From positions 14,302 to 78,301 of the forward strand of contig JAEEQB010000007.1 in NCBI GenBank assembly GCA_016285075.1: DNA of 64,000 nucleotides, given 5' to 3'. Source of the stretch: Prevotella sp. GTDB lineage: Bacteria > Bacteroidota > Bacteroidia > Bacteroidales > Bacteroidaceae. The notes below the pieces were generated by a model. That model worked only from the letters and a program-made list of their open reading frames with translations, ran no database searches and was not told where the DNA came from. The first letter of the stretch is position 1; each line of letters starts with the position of its first letter. Made by a program: the position numbers and the translations under genes. Below are positions 38,106 to 46,383 of the stretch, piece after piece.

Positions 38106-40295
38106 ATGAAAAAACAACTAATGATGATGATGCTCGCAGCAGCCCCTTTGGTGCTGCAAGCCGAGCAAGTGACTGTCCAGACCAAGAGCATGACTTTGGT
38201 GCTCAACGTAGAAGAGGGCAACCAGCCCCAGTATCAGTATTTTGGTGCCAAACTGTCGGAGACTGACCTGCAGCATCTGCAACAGCCCCGCAACGGACGC
38301 ATGGATGCCTATCCAGCCTACGGCATGAACTGCCCGGCTGAGGCTGCCCTGGCCATGCGTCATGCCGACGGCAACCTGTCGACCCAGCTCGTGAGTACCG
38401 GTGTGAGCCGTGAGGACGGTGTGGTGCGTATTCACATGAAAGACCCCGTCTATCCTGTCACAGTGGATCTGTGCTACAAGGCTTACCAGGAAGTGGACAT
38501 GATTGAGACATGGACGGAAATTACCAGTCAGGAGAAGCCGCAGGTCACCCTGACGCAGTTTGCCAGCTGCTGCCTGCCCATCCGCCGCGGCAATGTGTGG
38601 ATGAGCCATTTCTACGGCTCATGGGCCAACGAGGCGAGACTGTGCGAGGAACCGGTGCTGCCGGGCGAGAAGGTGATCAAGAACAAGGACGGTTCCCGCA
38701 ATTCCCATACTGACCATGCCGAGATGATGTTCTCACTCGACGGAAAGGCTCGGGAACTGTCGGGCGACGTAATCGGTGTGGCATTGTGCTATTCAGGCAA
38801 CTATCAGCTGAAGGTGGAAACCGACGATACAGAGTATCACTACTTCCTGGCTGGCATCAACCCTGACAACTCGGAGTATCACCTGAAGCGCGGAGAGACA
38901 TTCGTCACTCCTAAAGTGGCTTTCTCGTTCTCTAAAGAGGGGCTGAGCGGAGTGTCGCGTAACTTCCACAACTGGGGACGTACCTACATGCTGGCTCATG
39001 GCAACAGGATACGTAAGATCCTGCTGAACTCATGGGAGGGTGTATACTTTGACATCAACCAGCAGGGTATGGACCAGATGATGGCCGACATTGCCAAAAT
39101 GGGGGGTGAACTGTTTGTGATGGACGACGGATGGTTTGGCGTGAAGTATCCCCGCAAGAACGACTCCTCATCGCTGGGCGACTGGGAGGTGGACCGCCAG
39201 AAGCTGCCCGATGGCATTGAGGGCCTGCTGCGCGATGCAAAGAAAAACCACGTGAAGTTCGGCATCTGGATAGAGCCTGAGATGACCAACAGCGTGAGTG
39301 AACTCTACGAGCAGCACCCCGACTGGATAGTGAAAGCACCCAAGCGCGATGCTGTGAAAGGGCGTGGCGGCACACAGCTGATACTCGACCTGAGCAATCC
39401 CAAGGTGCAGGACTTTGTTGTGGGTGTGGTGGATAATCTGATGAGCAAATATCCTGAGATAAACTACATCAAGTGGGATGCCAACATGCCCATCCTGAAC
39501 CATGGCTCGCAGTACCTGACCATGAACGACCAGAGTCACCTCTATATAGCCTATCATCGTGGATTTGAGAAGGTGTGCCAGCGTGTACGTGAGAAATATC
39601 CTGACCTGACCATCCAGGCCTGTGCCAGCGGTGGCGGACGCGCCAATTGGGGCGTACTGCCTTGGTTCGACGAGTTCTGGGTATCAGACAATACCGATGC
39701 ACTGCAGCGCATCTACATGCAGTGGGGCACCAGCTACTTCTTCCCCGCCATTGCCATGGCCAGCCACATCTCTGCCACTCCCAACCACACGGTGTTCCGC
39801 ACCACGTCGCTGAAATATCGCATCGATGTGGCCATGAGCGGACGACTCGGTATGGAGATACAGCCCAAGAACATGACTGACGAGGAGAAGGCGCTCTGTC
39901 GCAAGGCCATCAAGGAGTACAAGGACATCAGACCTGTAGTGCAGTTTGGAAACCTCTACCGCCTGGTGTCGCCTTACGACAAGCTGGGACTGGCATCGCT
40001 GATGTATGTCAACGACGACAAGAGCCGTTCGGTGTTCTTCTGGTGGAAGACGGAATCATTCCAGAACGAGCACTTGCCACGAGTGAAGATGGCCGGACTC
40101 GATGCCAAGAAACTATATAAGGTACACGAGTTGAACCGCATTGACCTCCAACCTATGGACATTGAGGGCAAGGTCTTCACGGGTGCCTACTTGATGAACC
40201 ACGGTCTGGAGATGCCTTATCGCAATGAGCCTGAGTGGAACAAGAAGACCGACTGGAGCAGCCGTGTGCTGCTGCTGGAAGAAAGCGGAATGTAA
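38106..40295 (+). CDS. Alpha-galactosidase (GH36)
   Basis: It has a signal peptide plus FVMDDGWF, YIKWDAN and CASGGGR motifs. Confidence 0.85.
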   Translation: MKKQLMMMMLAAAPLVLQAEQVTVQTKSMTLVLNVEEGNQPQYQYFGAKLSETDLQHLQQPRNGRMDAYPAYGMNCPAEAALAMRHADGNLSTQLVSTGVSREDGVVRIHMKDPVYPVTVDLCYKAYQEVDMIETWTEITSQEKPQVTLTQFASCCLPIRRGNVWMSHFYGSWANEARLCEEPVLPGEKVIKNKDGSRNSHTDHAEMMFSLDGKARELSGDVIGVALCYSGNYQLKVETDDTEYHYFLAGINPDNSEYHLKRGETFVTPKVAFSFSKEGLSGVSRNFHNWGRTYMLAHGNRIRKILLNSWEGVYFDINQQGMDQMMADIAKMGGELFVMDDGWFGVKYPRKNDSSSLGDWEVDRQKLPDGIEGLLRDAKKNHVKFGIWIEPEMTNSVSELYEQHPDWIVKAPKRDAVKGRGGTQLILDLSNPKVQDFVVGVVDNLMSKYPEINYIKWDANMPILNHGSQYLTMNDQSHLYIAYHRGFEKVCQRVREKYPDLTIQACASGGGRANWGVLPWFDEFWVSDNTDALQRIYMQWGTSYFFPAIAMASHISATPNHTVFRTTSLKYRIDVAMSGRLGMEIQPKNMTDEEKALCRKAIKEYKDIRPVVQFGNLYRLVSPYDKLGLASLMYVNDDKSRSVFFWWKTESFQNEHLPRVKMAGLDAKKLYKVHELNRIDLQPMDIEGKVFTGAYLMNHGLEMPYRNEPEWNKKTDWSSRVLLLEESGM

Positions 40296-40371
40296 ATAAT
40301 ATGATCCGCCCCAGTAGTAGTGTTCTACTGGGGCGGATCACATTTTTACTTCATTACAACCTTACGACCAT

Positions 40372-40794
40372 TTACGCATTTAAGAAGTTCAAATTCTTAT
40401 TGGCTATATATTGTTTGATCTTATCAATCAGCTGGCGGGTGGGATCAATTTTATCTTCTGCCTCTTTCTGCTGGATGTCAATGGAGCAATTGTAGTCACC
40501 ATCTTCACGAAGGGTCTGCAGTTGAGAATAGAGACGACCTTCTTCACTGGTGAAAAGACCAGTCTTCACATAATAAAGACTGAATCTATTGATGGCTCCA
40601 CGATGAGTTCCCACCTCATGCCCGTCATTGATGAGCAAAGCACTCACGGCGTGGAATAAGGCATAATAGAGTCGATTGGCCACCATTCCCCAGAGACCAT
40701 TCTGCTGTTGGATGTCCATCTCTTTCAGAGTTTTGTCCACTCTCTCAAGTTCCAATGTGACGAGGATTCGTCTGTCTTCTTCTTTAAGACTCAT
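40372..40794 (-). CDS. HEPN-domain protein (toxin partner of the MNT nucleotidyltransferase)
   Basis: A helical HEPN pattern NRLYYALFHAVSALL...GTHRG...LREDGDY is present. The gene overlaps the upstream NTase gene by 11 nt. The start was trimmed to MSLKEE. Confidence 0.7.
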   Translation of the reverse strand: MSLKEEDRRILVTLELERVDKTLKEMDIQQQNGLWGMVANRLYYALFHAVSALLINDGHEVGTHRGAINRFSLYYVKTGLFTSEEGRLYSQLQTLREDGDYNCSIDIQQKEAEDKIDPTRQLIDKIKQYIANKNLNFLNA

Positions 40795-41107
40795 ATAGTA
40801 TCTTCTTGTCTTCTTCGACGTTAAAATAGAACAGGGAATGAGGACCGTTATGCCACATATCTTTGGTAAACGTCCGCGCACTGATGTCTTCCTCAAGATC
40901 CCATCCTTTTTGTACAAAAGGAAATGCGTAGTTGTCCCAGTCATGGATGTCGCGTTCTGGTTTGTCAAGCAGTATGAGTAAGTCCCAGTCAGAGTCCTCG
41001 TGATAGTCGCCACGAGCCCTTGAGCCATACAGGTAGAGACTGCTTCCCTTGGGCAGCACTTGGCGCGCTACCTGTTTAATGCTGTCTATAACCTTGTTTG
41101 CTTCCAT
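40784..41107 (-). CDS. Minimal nucleotidyltransferase (MNT) antitoxin-like protein
   Basis: The Pol-beta NTase motif is LYLYGSRARGDYHEDSDWDLLIL. Confidence 0.8.
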   Translation of the reverse strand: MEANKVIDSIKQVARQVLPKGSSLYLYGSRARGDYHEDSDWDLLILLDKPERDIHDWDNYAFPFVQKGWDLEEDISARTFTKDMWHNGPHSLFYFNVEEDKKILYES

Positions 41108-41332
41108 CTCTCTAACATCATTTCTACGCTTGCAAAGATAAGGATTATTTTCGAAATGACAAAGAAATTATTTAAAAAGATGCTCAATAGAGTTTCTTCC
41201 CTCCATAAAACTCTTAAACACTTAACTAGACAGGCCGCGAGGCCTCTCGCCATCGGAGTTAAAAAAAGAGGATGTGCCTATTTTGACACACCCTCAATTG
41301 TCTATGGATAGTCCGCTCAATGGGGACACTAT

Positions 41333-42724
41333 CTATTGCTGAATGGCTTTGCTGATGAATTCGGCCATGTGGCGTGCTCCCTTGTCGTTGGGGTGGATCA
41401 TGTCGGCTGTCATCTCCTTCTTGTCTGTGAGTACGGGGTGCAGGTCTATGACTTCCAGCTTGTTCTTCTTGGCTATCTGACGTATGGCTGGAATGACACC
41501 GTTGACAATCACCGAGTCGGTAATGCCCCACTTGTCCTCAAAGGCCTTGATAGGTGTGCAGAGATAGATGGTGGGCTTCGAGGGCAGTGCCTTCAGCGTG
41601 TCAACCATAGCCTGAAGGTCAGAGGCAAACTCGCTGCCGTGGGCATTCCAGTTGTAGTCCTTGGAATCGTTGGTTCCCAGTTTGATGACAACGATGTTGG
41701 GCAGGAAAGCCTGCGCGTCGCGCCAGGCCCGTTCGCGGACGTAGGGAATGTCGCCATTACGAAGCAGGGTACGCGCACTCACACCGAAGTTCTTCACCCA
41801 GTAACCGTCGCCTAACAGCCGTTGCAGCTGTGCCGGATAACCCAGCTGAGAGGACATTTCAATGCCCATTCCCTCAGTGATGCTGTTGCCGATGCAGGCC
41901 ACACGTACGGCGTTCTGCCGAGGTGACTTGAGGTCTTGCAGCCAGGTGGCCAGGTCGCCTAGCATCTGCCAGTGGTACTTGTAGGTGGGACGGAATCCAA
42001 AGCCGTGTCCGCCGGTGGGGTAGACATGAAGTGCACATTCCGTGCCTTGGTTTCGCATGGCCGAATAGTAGGCTATGCCGTTGGTCACAGGCGGCACGGC
42101 ACGGTCGTCGTTGGCCAGCAGGATAATGGCTGGCGGTGTCTCGTGACAGCGGACGGCGTTCTGGTTGGAATACTTCCTCACCAGCTCCTTGTTGGTCTTG
42201 TCCTTGCCTAAGAATCCGTTGACAGAGCCGCTATGGGTCTCGATTTCGTTCATGGAGATGACAGGATAGAACAGGATGCTGAAGTCTGGACGACAGTCAA
42301 ACTCGCTGTGGGTGGACACGGTGCTGGCCAGGTGTCCGCCAGCCGAGAAGCCCATGATACCTACATCGTGGGGATTGATGGCCCAGGCCTGTGCCGAGTC
42401 GCGGACGGTGCGTATAGCCTGCTGGGCATCACTCATGGGTATAGTGCGGTCGCCTCCGGGCATGCGGTAAGTCAATACGAAGAATGCTATACCCTGACGG
42501 TTGAACCATTCCGCCCAGTCGTGGCCTTCGTTCTGCATGGAGAGATGGCTGTAGCCGCCGCCAGGACAGTCCACGATGGCACGGCCAGTAGGCTGCGAGG
42601 GCAGGTAGCCCTCTATCTTGGCCTTGCCGTCAGGGGTCACGTTCACGGTGAGTTTACGGGCTGTCTGTGCCTGTGCTGTGAGCACAAACACACTGAGGAG
42701 TGTCAATAATGCTGTCTTTTTCAT
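41333..42724 (-). CDS. Secreted bifunctional esterase: alpha/beta-hydrolase domain fused to an SGNH/GDSL hydrolase domain
   Basis: It has a signal peptide, a GFSAGGH nucleophile elbow, and VACIGNSITEG (GDSL block I) in the C-terminal half. Confidence 0.75.
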   Translation of the reverse strand: MKKTALLTLLSVFVLTAQAQTARKLTVNVTPDGKAKIEGYLPSQPTGRAIVDCPGGGYSHLSMQNEGHDWAEWFNRQGIAFFVLTYRMPGGDRTIPMSDAQQAIRTVRDSAQAWAINPHDVGIMGFSAGGHLASTVSTHSEFDCRPDFSILFYPVISMNEIETHSGSVNGFLGKDKTNKELVRKYSNQNAVRCHETPPAIILLANDDRAVPPVTNGIAYYSAMRNQGTECALHVYPTGGHGFGFRPTYKYHWQMLGDLATWLQDLKSPRQNAVRVACIGNSITEGMGIEMSSQLGYPAQLQRLLGDGYWVKNFGVSARTLLRNGDIPYVRERAWRDAQAFLPNIVVIKLGTNDSKDYNWNAHGSEFASDLQAMVDTLKALPSKPTIYLCTPIKAFEDKWGITDSVIVNGVIPAIRQIAKKNKLEVIDLHPVLTDKKEMTADMIHPNDKGARHMAEFISKAIQQ

Positions 42725-42795
42725 TAGCTTTTACTTTCAATCAACATAAAAATCCCCCACCTATTCTGGCAGGGAATTTTTAGTATAGGGATGAT

Positions 42796-44244
42796 TTATT
42801 GATTATTGTTCTGAGGTTTTGCAATGAACCATTCAACAGGAACCTTTACACGCTCGTTCTTCCAAAGGGTTAAGACAGGCACAGCAACAATCTTCGGGGC
42901 CTCACCTGCCTCCGGGAACGGGATAGTAAGCACACCTTCTTTGTTTTCACCTCTGTTCTCAACAGACACAGAAATGTTGTTCGCAACGGCATCATAACCT
43001 ATAGGATTAAACTCGCCCAGGACGTAGTAGGGGTTGTAACCAGGCTGGGTGTTGATCATATCGGTAGTTTTGATTGTTTTGACATCACTCTTACTCCATA
43101 CTTTCTTGCCTGCAATCATGATGTCGAAGTCGAGAGTACCACCTGCTGCGCGGACAACACCCAAGTTAGGCAGAGTCTCCTCTTTGGTATTATAGGGCTC
43201 GGTGTCATCTTCGTTATGATAGTAATAGGTGATTTTCTTTCTGTCATACATAATATCAAACACCACGTCGTTGAAGTCGAAGTCATCGGTCTCACCGAGG
43301 TCTTCCATGAGGTAGCGTTTTGTCTTCTGCTCTATAACCTCATCCACACGCTCTGTCGGAGGTACGGGATTTCCGTAAACCATGAACACCAGGTCCTCAA
43401 AGTCTTTGTCGCCTGTCTTAGCGTCCTCACAGCCGATGATAGTGGCCGTATAGCCCTCAGGCAATCCATCGGGCACTGGGACATTATCCTGCAAATCAAT
43501 CATCCATTGGTCGACAGAGGAATTGATGATGGGATGATTAGCTTCATCGAGGGGATTGGCATAAAATTTCTGGCATTGGTCATAACCCTCAGTCCACACT
43601 CTCAGGGAGAAAGACATAGACTTGCCTACGGGCAGATTGGTGAAAGTGTAGGTGGGAGCCTTCACCTCGTATGGACCTTTTTTTGAATCCATACCATCCT
43701 GGCCAATACCTACACTTTGGTAATCATTCGTTCCGACCTTTCTGAATTTGAGGTCTTCACCCTTCGACCAGATCTTATGTTCGCCGACACCATCTACAGT
43801 CATCCACAACTCCCAGTAGTAACTGGCACAGCCCTGGTAGATGGGCACGATGGTGAAGTCGTTTCGAATAACCATCTTAAATTTTCTACCCTTATCAGAG
43901 TTGTTTTTTCCTTTCGGCAGTTTTTCAGCTATGTATTCGCTGATCTCCTTCTGGATATCCATGGTTCCTTTCGTAAAGGTGAAATCAGCTGTTTCTACAG
44001 ATGTAGCGGTACGGGTAATGCTGCTTGAGGAAACCAGACTGTAAGTGGGCGTATTCGTTGAAAAGTCCCAAGTCTGATTCGGATCAATCTTGCCATACCT
44101 CTTTTCGAAGTTAGCTGCGTAGATTGCGTTCTGCTGTTTAATAGCAGCTTCTTCATCGAAGAGGTCTTCGTTAGAAGAGCAAGCTGTGAAAGCGATACCC
44201 ATTATGGCTATGCTTCCCATCAATAATAACTTCTTAGTAATCAT
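42796..44244 (-). CDS. Lipoprotein with an LruC/DUF4842-like domain
   Basis: It has the lipobox IAFTACSS and DDFDFNDVVFDI, which resembles the LruC-domain signature. Confidence 0.55.
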   Translation of the reverse strand: MITKKLLLMGSIAIMGIAFTACSSNEDLFDEEAAIKQQNAIYAANFEKRYGKIDPNQTWDFSTNTPTYSLVSSSSITRTATSVETADFTFTKGTMDIQKEISEYIAEKLPKGKNNSDKGRKFKMVIRNDFTIVPIYQGCASYYWELWMTVDGVGEHKIWSKGEDLKFRKVGTNDYQSVGIGQDGMDSKKGPYEVKAPTYTFTNLPVGKSMSFSLRVWTEGYDQCQKFYANPLDEANHPIINSSVDQWMIDLQDNVPVPDGLPEGYTATIIGCEDAKTGDKDFEDLVFMVYGNPVPPTERVDEVIEQKTKRYLMEDLGETDDFDFNDVVFDIMYDRKKITYYYHNEDDTEPYNTKEETLPNLGVVRAAGGTLDFDIMIAGKKVWSKSDVKTIKTTDMINTQPGYNPYYVLGEFNPIGYDAVANNISVSVENRGENKEGVLTIPFPEAGEAPKIVAVPVLTLWKNERVKVPVEWFIAKPQNNNQ

Positions 44245-44376
44245 AATTTTTATTGTTAATTAATACATCTAGTTTTCGCTGCAAAGTTACAAAGAATTAT
44301 TGTTCTATTAAATAGGCTTTTAGTTAAAAAAAGTTTAATTGCCTGTATCTTTGACTGCAGAAGTCTAAGAAAAGTT

Positions 44377-44526
44377 GTTTTAAACATTACAATACCGTTT
44401 AAAATAGAATATGGCGTTTTCTATGGGCTACCTTCCGATGCCACCCTATACGTACCAGCAGGTACGAAAGCAAAGTACGAGGCAACAGAGGGTTGGAATA
44501 GATTCAAGAATATCGTGGAGATGTAA
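44377..44526 (+). pseudogene. Remnant of the C-terminus of a BspA-type LRR protein
   Basis: The frame ending at the TAA (44524-44526) reads ...NITIPFKIEYGVFYGLPSDATLYVPAGTKAKYEATEGWNRFKNIVEM, a typical LRR_5 C-terminal cap. No intact upstream ORF remains. Confidence 0.6.
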
Positions 44527-44580
44527 GAATGTATTTCGTCGACAGATAGAATCGTAATCACGGTATGATTACTCACTAAT

Positions 44581-44636
44581 GTTTTCCGCCTTTTGAAGCA
44601 TCCCTGTTACAGATGGGATTTCAAAAGGCGGAAAAC
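44581..44636 (+). terminator. 17-bp hairpin downstream of the LRR remnant
   Basis: gttttccgccttttgaa (44581-44597) is the exact reverse complement of ttcaaaaggcggaaaac (44620-44636). Confidence 0.5.
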
Positions 44637-45138
44637 TATAGTTAATCATACAACTATCTCAAGTGGTCGCTTTCTAATCAAGAATTTGAGAGATTTTGTC
44701 GAAGACCCACTGACCGTAAGGGAGGTAATTTGATAATTTGAGAATTATGTCGAATTGGTATATATCCCAAAAAGGATCTTAAGCTAATTCGCTTAGGCAC
44801 TGAACCTCGTTCACTCCCGTTCTCTCCTCGGTTCACAAGGGATGTAAACGGCAGAGAGAACGTAAGCGGATAACAGAGAGTGGCAAGGTGAACTGGCCTT
44901 TAGGTCGACCAATGCCTCTGCAGAGTCATTCAATTCCAAGATGAAAGGACTTAGAGCACAAGTACATGGAGTTAGCGACCTGCCGTTCTTCATGTTCCGC
45001 TGCATATTATATGGTGAATGAGCAGTAACTCTTCCGCGACATTTATTATCAGGCACGGATGACGCGAAATATTGCGGATATAAAACACGAAAGTACGAAA
45101 AAAAACCGTAAAATGATGGCTATTTGGAAAAAAAGTTG

Positions 45139-45146
45139 TACCTTTG
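45139..45146 (+). promoter_or_regulatory. TACCTTTG -7 box for rpsO
   Basis: It matches the consensus and lies about 118 nt upstream of the ATG. Confidence 0.5.
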
Positions 45147-45263
45147 CAGCCGATTTCGGAAAAACCGAGGCATTCGAAGACGTGAAACGCCCTGTGATTA
45201 AGGCTGATAAGCGTTGGAAGGATGTTAATGATCAAACAACATTTTAATCACATCAAAAAAATC

Positions 45264-45533
45264 ATGTACTTAGACAAAGCTAAGAAAGAAGAGATTTTCG
45301 GCCAGTATGGCAAGTCTACCAACGACACAGGTTCACCCGAGGCACAGATTGCCCTGTTCACCTATCGCATCAAGCACCTGACGGAGCACCTGAAGCAGAA
45401 CCACAAGGACAATGTTACTGCCCGTTCGCTGACCATGATGGTAGGTAAGCGTCGTAAGCTGCTGAAGTATCTCTATGTAAACGACATCAACCGCTACCGT
45501 GCAATCATCAAGGCTCTCGGCCTGCGTAAGTAA
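45264..45533 (+). CDS. rpsO: 30S ribosomal protein S15
   Basis: [12 protein letters not shown]....[37 protein letters not shown] fits S15. Confidence 0.95.
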   Translation: MYLDKAKKEEIFGQYGKSTNDTGSPEAQIALFTYRIKHLTEHLKQNHKDNVTARSLTMMVGKRRKLLKYLYVNDINRYRAIIKALGLRK

Positions 45534-45558
45534 TCGGTTAATAAGTCAAAAAAAGAAT

Positions 45559-45595
45559 AAAGGCTGCGCATTGGTAATCAGTGCGCAGCCTTTTT
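45559..45595 (+). terminator. Rho-independent terminator of rpsO
   Basis: aggctgcgca pairs with tgcgcagcct, followed by ttttt. Confidence 0.8.
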
Positions 45596-45634
45596 CAGAT
45601 GCTGATGGCTAAGGGCCGGAACAGGGGCAAGCTT

Positions 45635-46207
45635 TTACTTACCGATGTGCCTTACGGGCTTTTCGGTCGCTGCGGTGCTGTCGTCATCGTTGGCTGTACG
45701 GGTGCGTGCCCAGTAGCGGTCGTCGTACCAGCTGTCGTAGCCCCAGTGGTCGTAGTAGCTCCAGTTAGGTGAGGAAATGTGGATGAGGTCGAACTTCACA
45801 TCGTTCTCGCCGTCCTGAAGCCATCCACGGAAGTGGTCGTTGTTCAGCCGGTAGTCGCGGATGCGTACCGTTGTACCCTCTTCGCGGAACCAGATGACAA
45901 TGTCGCCGAAGTCCACGCGCCAGGTGATATGGTTGGCCACGTAGTCCCAGGGTGCACCGGAATAGAAGTCTACCCAGTAACCGTCGCCTGAGCTGTAGGT
46001 GTAAGGATCGCGCAGGAAGGTGATCTCCGTGCGTGTGGCATCATAGATGCGTCCGTTCCAGCTGGAGTACACTTCCATGTCGCCTCTCCAGGTTCCCTCA
46101 AGGGTGTATGCGATTTCATCATCATCATCCCAATCACAGGAAACGAACAATGCGGGAACGACTGCTGCGAGGAGCAGTACCATCAGGGTGGTGTATAACT
46201 TCTTCAT
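45635..46207 (-). CDS. Hypothetical lipoprotein
   Basis: The lipobox is PALFVSCDWDDDDE. Confidence 0.6.
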   Translation of the reverse strand: MKKLYTTLMVLLLAAVVPALFVSCDWDDDDEIAYTLEGTWRGDMEVYSSWNGRIYDATRTEITFLRDPYTYSSGDGYWVDFYSGAPWDYVANHITWRVDFGDIVIWFREEGTTVRIRDYRLNNDHFRGWLQDGENDVKFDLIHISSPNWSYYDHWGYDSWYDDRYWARTRTANDDDSTAATEKPVRHIGK

Positions 46208-46383
46208 AACTGTATCTTTTTTAATAGTTAATAATCAAGTTTTCTGGTGCAAAGATACACTTTTTTTTTCATCCCTACAAGAGGGAAACGCATAAATCGT
46301 CATAGGGAAACCCCTAAAGTGCCGACGGGGAATGGTGCAACGCACAATTCCCCGTCGGTAAAATCTGTTTTTTAGGCTTTTTC

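Noticed and set aside
44640-45060. A possible tmRNA, RNase P RNA, SRP RNA or 6S RNA upstream of rpsO.
   Set aside because: I could not find the conserved hallmarks on either strand. These would be a tRNA-like acceptor/T-arm with a tag ORF, the GGAAAGUCC P4 context with matching distal half, or the SRP domain IV motif. The segment is kept only as an unassigned structured candidate.
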